Positions 1 through 10,752 of a stretch of 64,000 bases of DNA are shown here, in pieces; position 1 is the first letter of the stretch; each line of letters opens with the position of its first letter. The position numbers and the translations under genes are program-made. Source of the stretch: an uncultured Alphaproteobacteria bacterium (GTDB lineage: Bacteria; Pseudomonadota; Alphaproteobacteria; Geminicoccales; Geminicoccaceae). The DNA lies in NCBI GenBank assembly GCA_963753275.1, contig CAVWCE010000026.1, positions 971-64,970 on the forward strand. Reading direction: 5' to 3'. The notes beneath the pieces are model-generated. The model was given only the letters and a program-made list of their open reading frames with translations. It was not told where the DNA came from and ran no database searches.

Positions 1-1773
1 CTGTTCGTCGAGGAATTGACCAAGACCGTGCTCGAATCCGGTCTGCTTACTGATGCCGGGGATCACTACACGCTCGCCGGCCCGCTCGTGCTGCTCGCAA
101 TTCCGGCGACCCTGCACAACTCGCTGATGGCCCGGCTCGACCAACTCGCCCCAGTGAAGGAGGTCGCCCAGGCCGGCGCGGTGATCGGCCGGGAGTTCTC
201 GCATGAGCTGCTCGCCGCCGTCTCACGCCTGCCCGAGGATGAACTCCGCAAATCCCTCAACCAGCTCGTCGCTTCGGAGCTGGTGTGCCGCCGCGGCTCT
301 TCACCCGACGCAATCTATACCTTCAAGCACGCCCTCGTTCAGGACGCTGCCTATCAGTCGCTCCTCAAGAGCACACGGCAACGATTCACCAGAAGATCGC
401 AAGGACGCTGGAGGAGCAGTTCCCGGCCACTGCCGAGACGCAGCCCAAGCTACTCGCTTACCACTACACGGAGGCGCAGCCCACCGATCAGGCGATCGAC
501 TACTGGCAGCGGGCCGGCCAACGCGCGTCGAAGCGGTCGGCGACGGTCGAGGCGATCGCGCAGCTCTCGAAAGCCCTGGAGTTGCTCGAAAGCCTACCGC
601 CGTCTGTCGAGCGAGACCGCAAGGAGCTCGGCCTGCGTATAGACCTGACCTCACCCCTGATCGCCTCCAAGGGAATGGCTGCACCCGAAATGGGGCAGAC
701 GCTCACCCGCGCGCGGAGCCTTTGCGAGCGACTCGGCGAGACGACGCAACTCTTCCCTGTCCTTTATGGACAGTGGGTGTTCCATCATGTCAGCGGGCAG
801 GTCGCAAGGGCCTGGAGTACGCTGAGGAGGCCCCCAAATTCGCCGAAGGTGAGAGCAGCGAGATCCCGCGGATGGTCGCCGATCGGACCCTCGGCATTGC
901 CTTGGTAGGGCTCGGCGAGCCCGCCCTTGCGCGGCGGCACCTGGAAGACGGAAACAGGCTGTACGACGCCGAGCGTCACCGTGACCTGGCGCTCGTCTAC
1001 GGAATGGACTTCTTCGAGGTCAACCTTGCCTATCTTGCACTGACGGATTGGTTTCTGGGCTTTCCGGATCGGGCACTCAGGGCGAACGAGGAAACGAATC
1101 GCTTTTCGCCCGGTCCCTATCGCATGCGAACAGCCTTTGTCATGCTTTGTGTTCGGGGGCCGGGACGTTGCACACCTTCAATCGCCAGTTCACCTCGGCG
1201 CAGGCTATCGGCGAAGAACTGATGCGGGTGGCCGGCGAGCACGAAATGCCGCAGTGGACGCTATTCGGGCGCATGTTCATCTCGTTCGGGCTCCTTGAGG
1301 GAGAGCAGGAGGAGGGCACGAGCACACTGGAGGCCTGCCTCAAGACATGTCGGGCGGTGCCCATGTTGGCGAACAGCACGCTCGCTCTCGCGAAACTCGT
1401 CGAGAGTGAGGCCCGGAAGGGAGAATACGAGAACGCCCTGAAATCCCTTGAGGAGGCAGACCGGATCATCGAAGCCGGCGGCGAACGCTGGGCCAGATCC
1501 GAAATCGTGAGGCTGAAGGGGGAGATCTCGCGTGCGCAATCCGCCAGTGCGGAGGCGGAGGCATGCTTCCGGCGAGCTATCGAGGTGGCACAGCGTCAGG
1601 GCGCGAAGCTATTGCAGCTCCGCGCGGCCGCGAGCCTCGCTCGTTTGTGGCAGAGCCAAGGCAGATGCCGCGAGGCGCACGAGCTCTTGGCTCCCCTCTA
1701 CGGCTGGTTCACCGAGGGCTTCGATACCGCCGAACTGAAGGACGCCAAGGGGGTGGTCGACGAACTGGCGTAG
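1..1773 (+). pseudogene. C-terminal part of a large signal-transduction ATPase with a TPR-like tail (COG3899/COG3903 type, the kind fused to adenylate cyclase or LuxR modules). The 5' end lies outside the window and the frame is broken at least 3 times.
   Basis: Family text continues across ORFs 16-642, 285-908, 203-1222 and 1048-1773: FKHALVQDAAYQSLLKS / HQKIARTLEEQFP..LLAYHYTEA..YWQRAGQRA / RHLEDGNRLYD / LRAAASLARLWQSQGR..LLAPLYGWFTEGFDTAELKDAK. Confidence 0.7.
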
Positions 1774-1814
1774 CTTCATGGCGAGGCAACTAACGAAAAC
1801 CAGGAGGCAGCAAG

Positions 1815-2884
1815 ATGATCTGGAGCCCTGGTACTGCTCTCGTGACCGCCGGCGTGGCGCTGGCGGCCGCGTGCGCGCTCGCGACCCCTGCCGAAGCGCA
1901 GGAGCGCGTGCCTGGAAGATGCAGAGCGCGTTTCCCAGCAAACTGCCGCACACCGGCGTCGCCGGCAAGCGCGTGGAGGCGATGGTCGATCGCCTCTCTG
2001 GCGGCAGTTTCGAGCTCAGGTTCTACGAGCCGGGCGCGCTCGTGCCGGCGCTCGAGTGCTTCGATGCGGCCGCGAAGGGCTCGGTCGAGGCCTGCTGGAC
2101 CACCGCGGCCTTCCACACCGGCAAGTTTCGGGCGCTGGCTTTCTTCTCGACGGTGCCGTTCGGGCCGCAGTACGGCGAGTTCTTCGCCTGGAAGATCTAT
2201 GGCGGCGGCGACGACCTGCAGAGAAAATTTACGGCAAGCACGGCCTCTCCAAGATCGATGAACGCGACCGGCCCCGAGACCTCGGGCTGGTTCAGGCAAA
2301 AGGTCGGATCGCTCGCCGATCTCAAGGGATGAAATGCGCTTCCTTGGTCTCGGCGCGCAGGTGATGCAGAAGCTCGGCGTGTCGACCCAGCTGCTGGCAC
2401 CGCCCGACATCTATCCGGCCCTGGAGCGCGGCGTGATCGACGCCACCGAGTTTGCGATGCCGGACATGGACATCAATCTCGGCTTCTACCAGATCGCCAA
2501 GTACAACTACTATCCCGGCTGGCACCAGCCGGCGTCGGTCGGCGAGCTGCTGATGAACAAGGCGGCATTCGAAGCGCTCCCCAAGGTGACCGGGCGATGC
2601 TGGAGGCGGCGTGCGGCTGGAACATCCACGTCACGTACGCCGAGTCCGAGGCGATGAATCCGCCCGCGATGAACGAGATGATGGAAAAGTACGGGGTCGA
2701 GAACGTGCGCTGGAGCGACGAGGAGCTGGCGGCGTTCGAGGCGGCCTGGGACGAGGTTCTGGCGGAGCAGTCGGCAGCCGACCCGACGTTCAAGAAGGTC
2801 GCCGACAGCTATCTCGCGTTCCGCAAGGTGTACAAGACCTGGGGCGACGCGCAGGCGCTCAAGGCGACCTACCTGAGCAAGTGA
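1815..2884 (+). pseudogene. TRAP-type transporter periplasmic solute receptor (COG4663-like); frame broken at least 3 times
   Basis: Signal peptide MIWSPGTALVTAGVALAAACALATPAEA. Family text is then spread over ORFs 1778-2332, 2334-2657 and 2597-2884 (FELRFYEPGALVP, GVIDATEFAMPDMDINLGFYQIAKYNYYPGWHQP, ADSYLAFRKVYKTWGDAQ). Paralog of 5280-6391. Confidence 0.8.
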
Positions 2885-2940
2885 GCCGGGCGCTGGTCGC
2901 CCATTCTGCGGGCGGGCTCGCCCGTTCGAGCCGCGGCCTG

Positions 2941-3015
2941 CCCACTCTGGTCTACGGAAGGTTACACACCGCCGATCTCAAGGACGCCCGGGCGCTGCTC
3001 GACGAGCTGCGCTGA
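2941..3015 (+). pseudogene. Orphan remnant of a COG3903-type TPR-tail C-terminus
   Basis: The last 24 codons of ORF 2611-3015 read PTLVYGRLHTADLKDARALLDELR. This parallels the end of the first gene (LYGWFTEGFDTAELKDAKGVVDELA). No upstream body is present. Confidence 0.45.
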
Positions 3016-3034
3016 CCGCTGGGCGCCCGCGGGT

Positions 3035-4617
3035 CTAGCCGAAGATCGACCTGGGGCAGCCAGGTCGCCATGCCGGGGAACAGCGCCAGGATGACCAGCA
3101 TCAACAGCTGGATCAGGACGAACGGCACGACGCCGCGGTAGATGTGCATGGTCGTGACCTCGGGCGGGGCGACGCCGCGCAGGTAGAACAGGGCGAAGCC
3201 GAAGGGCGGCGTCAGGAACGAGGTCTGCAGGTTGACCGCGATCATGATCGCCGAGCCAGATCGGGTCGAGGCCGAGCTGGAGCAGGACCGGGCCGACGAC
3301 CGGCACGACGACGAAGGTGATCTCGATGAAATCGAGGAAGAAGCCCATGACGAACATCAGCGCCATGACCACGATCATCGCGCCGAGCGCGCCGCCGGGC
3401 AGGCCGGTCAGGAACTCGTGCACCATCTCGTCGCCGCCGAGGCCGCGGAACACCAGCGAGAACAGCTGGGCGCCGATCACGATCACGAACACCAGCGAGC
3501 TGATCCGGGTGGTCGCGCGCATGACCTCGGTGAGCGTGCCGTCGCGCCAGGCGCGCCGCAGCGCCACCAGCAGGCCCAGCGCGAGCGCCAGGCAGAGCGA
3601 GCGCCGCGAGCGACGATGCCGGCCTGATCGCCGGCCGGGATCGCGCTGCGGCCGACGCCGCAGATCGAGCAGGCTGGTCAGCAGCAGCAGGCCGACCAGG
3701 CTCAGCGCGGCGGCGTAGATCGGCAGCGGCCGCTCGGGCGACGAGGCGCTGGCCGGCGAGCAGCGTCGCGCCGATCGCGCCGACCCCGGCGGCCTCGGTC
3801 GGGGTCGCGACGCCGGCCAGGATCGAGCCCAGCACCGCGACGATCAGCACGATCGGCGCGACCAGCGCATGGCCGATGCGGCCGGCCATGTCGGCGCCGC
3901 TCTCGGCGCGCGTCGCGCGGCACCGCGGGCGAGGACGCCGGCCGCAGCAGCGCGATCGCCAGCTGGTAGAGGATGTAGAGGCCGACCAGCGCCAGGCCCG
4001 GGAGCAGCGCGCCGGCGAACAGGTCGCCGACCGAGACCGGCTCGGGCGCGAAGTTGCCGAGCGCGCGCTGCGCCTCCTGGTGGGCGTTGGAGATCTGGTC
4101 GCCCAGCACCACGAGCACGATCGAGGGCGGGATGATCTGGCCGAGCGTGCCGGCGGCGCAGATCGTGCCGCAGGCGAGCGCCGGGTCGTAGCCGCGCCGC
4201 AGCATGGTCGGCAGCGAGAGCAGGCCCATCGTCACCACGGTGGCGCCGACGATGCCGGTCGAGGCGGCGAGCAAGGCACCCACCACCGAGACCGAGACGC
4301 CGAGCCCGCCGCGCATCTTGCCGAACAGCTGGCCCATCGCGTCGAGCAGCTCCTCGGCGACCTTGGAGCGCTCGAGCATCACCCCCATGAAGACGAACAA
4401 CGGCACCGCGATCAGCACCTCGTTGGTCATCACGCCGTAGATGCGGTTGGGGAAGAAGCCGAAGAAGGCGGGGTCGAACACGCCGAGCGCCGAGGCCGAT
4501 GCCGGCGAACATCAGCGCCGTGCCGGCGAGCGTGAAGGCGACCGGGAAGCCGATCAGGATCAGGCCGCACAGCGCCAGGAACATGCCGAGGTCGAGCCAC
4601 TCGGCGAGCAGGCTCAA
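3035..4617 (-). pseudogene. dctM: TRAP transporter large permease (DctM type); frame broken several times
   Basis: DctM text is spread over minus ORFs 3844-4986 (LSLLAEWLDLGMFLALCGLILIGFPVAF), 3702-4481, 3242-3889, 2962-3567 and 2952-3245 (NLQTSFLTPPFGFALFYLRGVAPPEVT). Removing one base near 3048 restores the expected C-terminus ..WLPQVIFG-stop. A TTG start at 4617 overlaps the dctQ stop. Confidence 0.8.
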
Positions 4618-5176
4618 AGCGCCGGCCTCCCGCGCGTCGTCGGCCGTCGCCGCGGCGCGCCTCGACGCCGCGCCAGCAGCGAGCGCGGAATGGATCGCGA
4701 GCGCGAGGCCCTGCAGCGCCACCAGGCCGGCGAAGACCAGGATCACGGTCTTGAGCAGGAACACCCCGGGGATGCCGAGGCTGCCCTCGGGCGAGCCCTC
4801 GCGCACCGCCCAGGCGGCGGCGACGTAGGGCCAGGCGACCCAGGCGATCAGCGCGCAGATCGGCAGCAGGAACACCACCACCCCGAACAGGTCGACCAGC
4901 GCCTTGGTCCGCGGCGAGGCGGCGCTGTAGAAGATGTCGCAGCGCACGTGGCCGTTGTGCAGCAGCGTGTAGCCGGCCGCGACCATGAACAGGCATGGCG
5001 TGCATGTAGACGATCGATTCCTGCATCTTGACCGAGCCGAGGCCGAACACGTAGCGCATCACGACGATCGACGAACTGCAGCAGCACGAGCAGCAGCGCG
5101 AGCCAGGCGACGCGTGCGGCCGAGCCCCTCGTTGAGGCGGTCGATCGCGCGCGCGAAGGCGCAGCAGCAGCGTCAC
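4614..5176 (-). pseudogene. dctQ: TRAP transporter small permease (DctQ type); frame broken
   Basis: ORFs 4430-5176 and 3844-4986 carry ..VVMRYVFGLGSVKMQESIVYMHA.. and ..AAGYTLLHNGHVRCDIFYSAASPRTKALVDLFGVVVFLLP.., both typical DctQ text. It lies directly upstream of dctM. Confidence 0.65.
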
Positions 5177-5279
5177 CGCGGCTCTCGGGCAGGGCCGGCG
5201 GCAGGTCAGGCCGGCCAGCGGAGCGGCGGGCGCCGCCCGCGCGCGGACGCCGCCCCGGAATCAGCCGGCAAGGCCGGCG

Positions 5280-6391
5280 TCAGCCGTACTGGAACGGCAG
5301 CGAGCGGGCGTTGTAGTAGCCCTGGTCGGCGATCGCCGCCCAGCCGACGCTCTTCGCCCGGAAGTCCATGTAGCTGTCGTAGATCTTCTGGGTCAGCGGA
5401 TCGGAGGCGCCGACCTCGGCCACGACCTCGCCCGAGACGCGGCCGATCTCCTTCAGCAGCGTCGTCGTTGAAGCGGCGCACGCTGGACGTTGTGCTGCTC
5501 GACCAGGACCTTGAGCGAGTCGGCGTTCTGGGCGTTGATCTCGGCGTACTCGCGCCACGCCTCGGCCTCGATCGCGGCCTGGATCAGCGCCTGCTCCTCG
5601 CTCGGTCAGGCCCTCCCAGACCTGGCGGTTGATCATCACCTCGCCGGTGGTGCCGGGCTCGTGCCAGCCGGGCCAGTAGTAGAACTGGGCGACCTTGTAG
5701 AAGCCGAAGGCGAGGTCGTGCCAGGGGCCGACCCATTCGGTGCCGTCGATCGTGCCCGACTGCAGCGCCGGGAAGATCTCGCCGCCCGGCAGGTTGACGA
5801 CCGCCGCGCCGAGCCGGCGCAGCACCTCGCCGCCGAGCCCCGGCATGCGGAACTTGAGGCCCTTGATAGTCGTCGAGCGTGTTGATCTCGCGGCGGAACC
5901 AGCCGCCCATCTGGGGGCCGGTGCTGGCGCGCAGGAAGGGCTTGATGTCGAACTGCGCGGCGAGCTCGTCCCACAGCGCCTGGCCGCCGCCATAGGCGAT
6001 CCAGGACGCGTGCTCCATCGGCAGGAGGCCGAACGGCACCGCGGTGAAGAAGTTGAACGCCCGGCGACTTGCCCTGCCAGTAGTAGGACGCCGAGTGGCT
6101 CATCTCGGCATTGCCGGCCGAGACCGCATCGAACGACTGGAACGGCGGCACCAGCTCGCCGGCGGCGAACACCTTGACCTCGATCTTGCCCTCGGACATC
6201 GCGGTGATGCGCTCGGCGAGGCGCTCGGCGCCGGTGCCGAGGCCCGGGAAGTTCTTGGGCCAGGTGGTGACCATCTTGAACTGCTTCATGCCCTGCGCGA
6301 TCGCCGGCGCCGGGAAGCTCGACGCGGCCGCGGCGGTCCCGACCAGCGCCCCGCCGGCGCCGACGGTCCTGACGAAATCACGACGCTTCAT
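5280..6391 (-). pseudogene. TRAP-type solute receptor with a Tat-like leader (COG4663-like); frame broken at least 4 times
   Basis: MKRRDFVRTVGAGGALVGTAAAA leader with an AGGAGAGG ribosome-binding site. Text continues over ORFs 5636-6457, 5584-6039 and 5280-5993 (KMVTTWPKNFPGLG, FGLLPMEHASWIAYGGGQALWDEL, IDGTEWVGPWHDLAFGFYKVAQFYYWPGWHEPG, DSYMDFRAKSVGW). Confidence 0.8.
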
Positions 6392-6617
6392 GCTGCCTCT
6401 CCTGCTTGGTGGTTGCCGCGCAGCCGGTATGAAATCAGCTGAGCCGGGAAAAGTCACGCCTCGGTCGTGCCGGTGCGCACGAACCGGCGCAACACGTCGC
6501 AGCGCAGGAGCGGCCTGATGTCCGGGTCGCGGCCGACGGTGCTCTAGGGGCCGGTCTTGGCCGGGCCCGGCAGCGGATCAGCAGGGGCGGGCTGGACGCG
6601 CGCGCCGGCCGGGCGGG

Positions 6618-7103
6618 TCAGAGGGTGGCGAGGATCGCGCTGGCGCTGCTCGCCTCGGCCTGGCTCGGGACCTCCTCGACCAGGAGCGTCCTGACCGTGC
6701 CGTTCTCGACCACCATGGCGTAGCGCCGCGAGCGCTTGCCGAGGCCGAAGCCGCTGCCGTCGAACTCGAGCCCGAGCGCGCGCGTGAACTCGCCGTTGCC
6801 GTCGGAGAGCATCTGCACCTTGCCGCCGACGTTGCGGGACTTCTCCCAGGCGCTCAGCACGAACGGGTCGTTGACCGCGACGCAGGCGACCGCGTCGACG
6901 CCCTTGGCCTTGAGCGCGTCCGCCTGCTCGACGAAGCCCGGCAGGTGGCGCTCCGAGCAGGTCGGGGTGAAGGCGCCAGGGACCGCGAACAGGACCACCT
7001 TCTTGCCGCGGGTCAGATCGGCCATCGAGACGTCCTTGATCCCCTCCGCCGTGAGCTGCTTCAGGGTCGCCGCCGGCAGCTTGTCGCCCACCTGAATCGT
7101 CAT
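6618..7103 (-). CDS. Peroxiredoxin, Prx5-like (AhpC/TSA family)
   Basis: Internal ATG of ORF 6618-7316: [34 protein letters not shown]. This is the characteristic Prx5 active-site context. Confidence 0.9.
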   Translation of the reverse strand: MTIQVGDKLPAATLKQLTAEGIKDVSMADLTRGKKVVLFAVPGAFTPTCSERHLPGFVEQADALKAKGVDAVACVAVNDPFVLSAWEKSRNVGGKVQMLSDGNGEFTRALGLEFDGSGFGLGKRSRRYAMVVENGTVRTLLVEEVPSQAEASSASAILATL

Positions 7104-7293
7104 CGGAGCCTCCTCGTCCATGGTTTCCGGGCAGGTCGTTGCCGTGCCATCGCGGCGCCGCGTGCGCCGCGCGCAATCTGGCATGCCGGCGGCCGGCAGG
7201 CAACGATCGCCCTGAGGCTTTTTCAATCCCGGGGCGCGACCATCCGACCCCTTGCCCTTGCTGGTCGTTGCCATCCGGTCTAAGTGTTGAGCC

Positions 7294-7883
7294 ATGGCAA
7301 CCAGCCTGAGTTCCATCCCCGCCGAGAGCTCGCTTGCCGGGCAACTGTTGGTGGCGATGCCGCAGATGGCCGACCCGCGGTTCGCGCGCAGCGTGGTCTA
7401 TCTCTGCGCCCACTCGGTCGACGGCGCCATGGGTCTCGTGGTCAACCGGCTGATCGAGAGCCTGAGCTTCCAGAACCTCTTGGAGCAGATCGGGGTCGAG
7501 CAGGACGGCGCCGCCGGCCGCGACATGCCGGTCCACTTCGGCGGCCCGGTCGAGTTCGAGCCGCGGCTTCGTCCTGCACAGCACGGACTACATGCAGGAA
7601 CTCGACGCTCGTGATCGAGGACGAGATCGCGTTGACCGCAACCATCGACGTGCTCAAGGCGATCGCGCGCGGCGACGGCCCGCGCCACCGCGTGCTGGCG
7701 CTGGGCTACGCCGGCTGGGCCGCCGGCCAGCTCGACGCCGAGATCCAGGCCAACGGCTGGCTCTTGGTGCCGGCCGACCTCGAGCTGGTGTTCGGCCTCG
7801 ACAACGACACCAAGTGGGAGCGGGCGATCGCCAAGATCGGCATCGATCTGACCCTGCTCTCGAGCGAGGCGGGCCACGCCTGA
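7294..7883 (+). pseudogene. YqgE/AlgH family (UPF0301) protein; frame broken about twice near 7560-7610
   Basis: ORF 7294-7614 reads [49 protein letters not shown] 7284-7883 carries the tail ..[25 protein letters not shown]. Confidence 0.75.
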
Positions 7884-7939
7884 GGGCGCCCGCGGCCGTC
7901 CCGCTCCGGCCGCCTGACGCTTCTCCCCCGATCCGGCGC

Positions 7940-8911
7940 TCAGCCGCGCCCGTGCGGCAGGGTCCAGTCGAGCAGCGGCCCGAGCGGCACGATGCCGGTC
8001 GGGTTCACGGTCGCGTGGCTCGTGTAGTAGTGCTGCTTGATGTGGCCGAAGTCGACCGTGTCCGCGACCCCCGGCAGCTGGTAGATCTCGCGCGCATAGC
8101 CCCACAGGTTCGGGTAGTCGACCAGCCGCCTCAGGTTGCACTTGAAGTGGCCGACGTAGACCGGGTCGAAGCGCACCAGCGTCGTGAACAGGCGGACGTC
8201 GGCCTCGGTGAGCCGCTCCCCGGCCAGGTAGCGCTGGCGCGCGAGCCGCGCCTCGAGCTCGTCCAGGGTCCCAAACAGCGCCGTCACCGCCTCCTCATAG
8301 GCGTCCTGGGCGGTCGCGAAGCCGGCGCGGTAGACGCCGTTGTTGACGGTCTCGAAGACCCGGTCGTTGATCGCGTCGATCGTGCCGCGCAGCGGCTCCG
8401 GGTAGAGGTCCGGCCCGCGCGCGCCGACGCGCTCGAAGGCCGAGTTGAGCATCCGGATGATCTCGGCCAACTCGTTGTTGACGATCGTTGCCTTCTCCCG
8501 GTCCCACAGCACCGGGACGGAGACGCGCCCGGTGTAGTCGGGCTTGGCCCGGGTGTAGACCTGGTAAAGGTAGTCGAGGCCGTGGAGGCGGTCGCCGGTG
8601 GCGCCGGGGCCGGCCGCGAAGGTCCAGCCGTGCTCGGCCATGTGCCAGTGCACGACCGAGACGCCGATCGCCTGCTCGAGGCCCTTGAGCCTGCGCAGGA
8701 TCAGGGTGCGGTGCGCCCAGGGGCAGGCGAGCGAGACGTAGAGGTGGTAGCGTCCGGGCGCGGCCGCGAAGCCGCCGGCGCCGGTCGGTCCGGGGCTGCC
8801 GTCCGCGGTGACCCAGTGGCGGAACTGGGTCGCGCTGCGGACGAAGCGTCCATCGCTGCGCGGGGCGACCAACCCCTCGTCGTGCCAGACCCCTTCGACG
8901 AGTTGTCCCAT
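7940..8911 (-). CDS. yqjG: Glutathionyl-hydroquinone reductase (Xi-class GST, YqjG/ECM4 family)
   Basis: Intact 323-aa ORF with RYHLYVSLACPWAHRTLILRRLKGLE and the C-terminal GST fold. Confidence 0.85.
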   Translation of the reverse strand: MGQLVEGVWHDEGLVAPRSDGRFVRSATQFRHWVTADGSPGPTGAGGFAAAPGRYHLYVSLACPWAHRTLILRRLKGLEQAIGVSVVHWHMAEHGWTFAAGPGATGDRLHGLDYLYQVYTRAKPDYTGRVSVPVLWDREKATIVNNELAEIIRMLNSAFERVGARGPDLYPEPLRGTIDAINDRVFETVNNGVYRAGFATAQDAYEEAVTALFGTLDELEARLARQRYLAGERLTEADVRLFTTLVRFDPVYVGHFKCNLRRLVDYPNLWGYAREIYQLPGVADTVDFGHIKQHYYTSHATVNPTGIVPLGPLLDWTLPHGRG

Positions 8912-9062
8912 GCCCTCGCTCCTCTTGCCTCCTCTTCAGATACGTCGGGCGCGTCTGCGGAAACCGGCGGCCGTGCGAGTTCGCCAGCCGGCCGGTACCG
9001 CGATCCCGATCGCGCGGCGGGCGAGGTGTGCCAGGCCGGGGTTTGCCGCTGTCCGCGCCGGC

Positions 9063-9443
9063 TCACCAGCGCATCGTGCCGAAGGCCTGCGCGACGTCGG
9101 CGCAGCTGTCCGGGCTGTTGCCGCTCTGCTGCGCCTCCGCGTGGCGCCGGACCTCCCGGGCGAACACCGGCAGGTAGCGCATCTGGTCGATCGAGCCGGG
9201 CGGGAAGGTCTGATCGAACCAGGCGCCGATCACGCCGGTCGCGCGCGCCGTGTCGAGCCCGCAGCCGGCTGCCCGCCCGAGCAGCAGCGCCATGTTGTTC
9301 ATGCGCTGCAGATCGGCCTCGGATGCGGCCTCCGCGAGCTGCGCGGAGCCGATGCCGACGACCGCGGCCAGCAGGGTCGCCCGCCCGGAATGGCGCGCGC
9401 GCTTCGCGCGGTTGGCCGACCTGCGATCTCCGACAGGCATCAT
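9063..9443 (-). CDS. Hypothetical secreted protein
   Basis: High third-position GC and a signal-like segment RATLLAAVVGIGSAQLAEA. Start chosen at MMPVGDRRS. No family recognised. Confidence 0.5.
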   Translation of the reverse strand: MMPVGDRRSANRAKRARHSGRATLLAAVVGIGSAQLAEAASEADLQRMNNMALLLGRAAGCGLDTARATGVIGAWFDQTFPPGSIDQMRYLPVFAREVRRHAEAQQSGNSPDSCADVAQAFGTMRW

Positions 9444-9597
9444 GGTCGCACCGTATCGGCTCTGGCCGGAAATGGCCATTCGTTTGACCTCAATAACGGC
9501 ACTGGCCGGGCGAACGCCGGCGCCGGAGCTTGAAGACCGGGTCGAGCGATTCTACAGTGGGCCGATGGCTGACTGCCGACGCCGAGGGAGGTCTCCT

Positions 9598-10196
9598 ATG
9601 CTCCGAACCGATCGCGTCCGCTTTGCCGGCAAGCATCTTCCCGAGGCCGGCGCCTTGGCGCTCGCCGGGCTCGTGCTGCTGGGGTCCGGCGCCGCGGCCG
9701 AGACATCCGGAACTGGGCCCAAGGTGCCGCCGGAGTTCGAGCCGGTGCGCGCCGCGCTGGGCAAGTACCGCGACCCGGTGGTCGCCGTGCGCGACGGCTA
9801 TCTCTCCACTCTCGGATGCGTCCAGTACCCGGACGGCGGCATGGGCGTCCACTTCCTCAATCCCCGCCTGTTCGGCCCGGTGCCCGACCCGATGGCGCCG
9901 CAGATCCTGGTCTACGAGCCCGATGCCCAAGGCCAGCTGCATCTGGTCGCCGCCGAATGGTTCATCCCGCTCGCGACCGGCATCGCGAGCCGCCCTGAGA
10001 TCTTCGGCCAGCCTTTCCAGGGCCCGATGGAGGGCCACGAGCCCCTGATCCCGAAGGAGGTGCATCACTACGATCTGCACGTCTGGCTGTTCAAGGAGAA
10101 CCCGGCTGGCCTGTTCAACCCCACGAACCCGGACGTGGACTGCGTCGGCGCCTACGTGCTGAACGAGGGCCGCCGGCGGAGGTCCCGCATCACTGA
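9598..10196 (+). CDS. Hypothetical secreted protein; 3' end unresolved
   Basis: GAGGGAGG ribosome-binding site, then MLRTDRVRFAGKHLPEAGALALAGLVLLGSGAAAE. The conserved-looking body runs to ..HHYDLHVWLFKENPAGLFNPTNPDVDCVGAYV. The open frame continues to 10611 across the opposite-strand EF-hand gene, so the stop was probably lost to a frame error. Candidate stops are at 10160 (+1 frame) and 10194 (+2 frame). Confidence 0.5.
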
Positions 10197-10254
10197 GCGA
10201 GGCGGCGGGCGCGCCAGGCGTGGTTTGGCGTCGCCGGGCTTAGCCCCCGGGGGA

Positions 10255-10563
10255 CTAGTCGGCCGCCGGGCTGTCCTGACTGCTCTGGGTCGCCGCTGCG
10301 TGCTCCGTATCGTACCAGACCGACCACTCCTCGGGCGTGATCTGGCCGTCGCCGTTGCGGTCGATCCGCTTGAACAGATGCCGGGCGGTGTCCAGGTCGT
10401 GATCGGCCTGGGCGAGGTTCTCCCCGGCGATGCCCCCGCCGCAGTCCCCGGCTTGCTGGTCGGCCCCGCAGACCAACGCCGGCTCCTGCCCGCCCGCCGC
10501 TGGCGGGCTTGCGGCGAGCCCGGCGCCGGCCAGCGCCAGAGCCGCTGCAGCGAGCATGTTCAT
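10255..10563 (-). CDS. Small secreted EF-hand calcium-binding protein
   Basis: MNMLAAAALALAGAGLAA signal and the EF-hand loop DRNGDGQITPEEW. Confidence 0.7.
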   Translation of the reverse strand: MNMLAAAALALAGAGLAASPPAAGGQEPALVCGADQQAGDCGGGIAGENLAQADHDLDTARHLFKRIDRNGDGQITPEEWSVWYDTEHAAATQSSQDSPAAD

Positions 10564-10752
10564 GGCCTGCCTCCGTGGTCTCGTTGGTTGGCGCGCAGCA
10601 ACGCGGCGTAGTAACGGGGGCAGAGCAAAAACGATCCAAGGTGGCGTGAGCGCAGCGCAGGGAGTTCGCTCTCGTTGGCGGACGCTGCCGCTGCCCCACG
10701 ACGCCGGCGCGCCGGATTGGCGACCCAAGTCGCGCGGCCTAGCTTATCCGCC

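Noticed and set aside
9250-10611. 453-aa ORF as a single gene
   Set aside because: The first about 115 codons are antisense to the 9063-9443 gene and precede a good ribosome-binding site plus ATG at 9598. The last about 140 codons overlap the EF-hand gene and lose all protein-like character.
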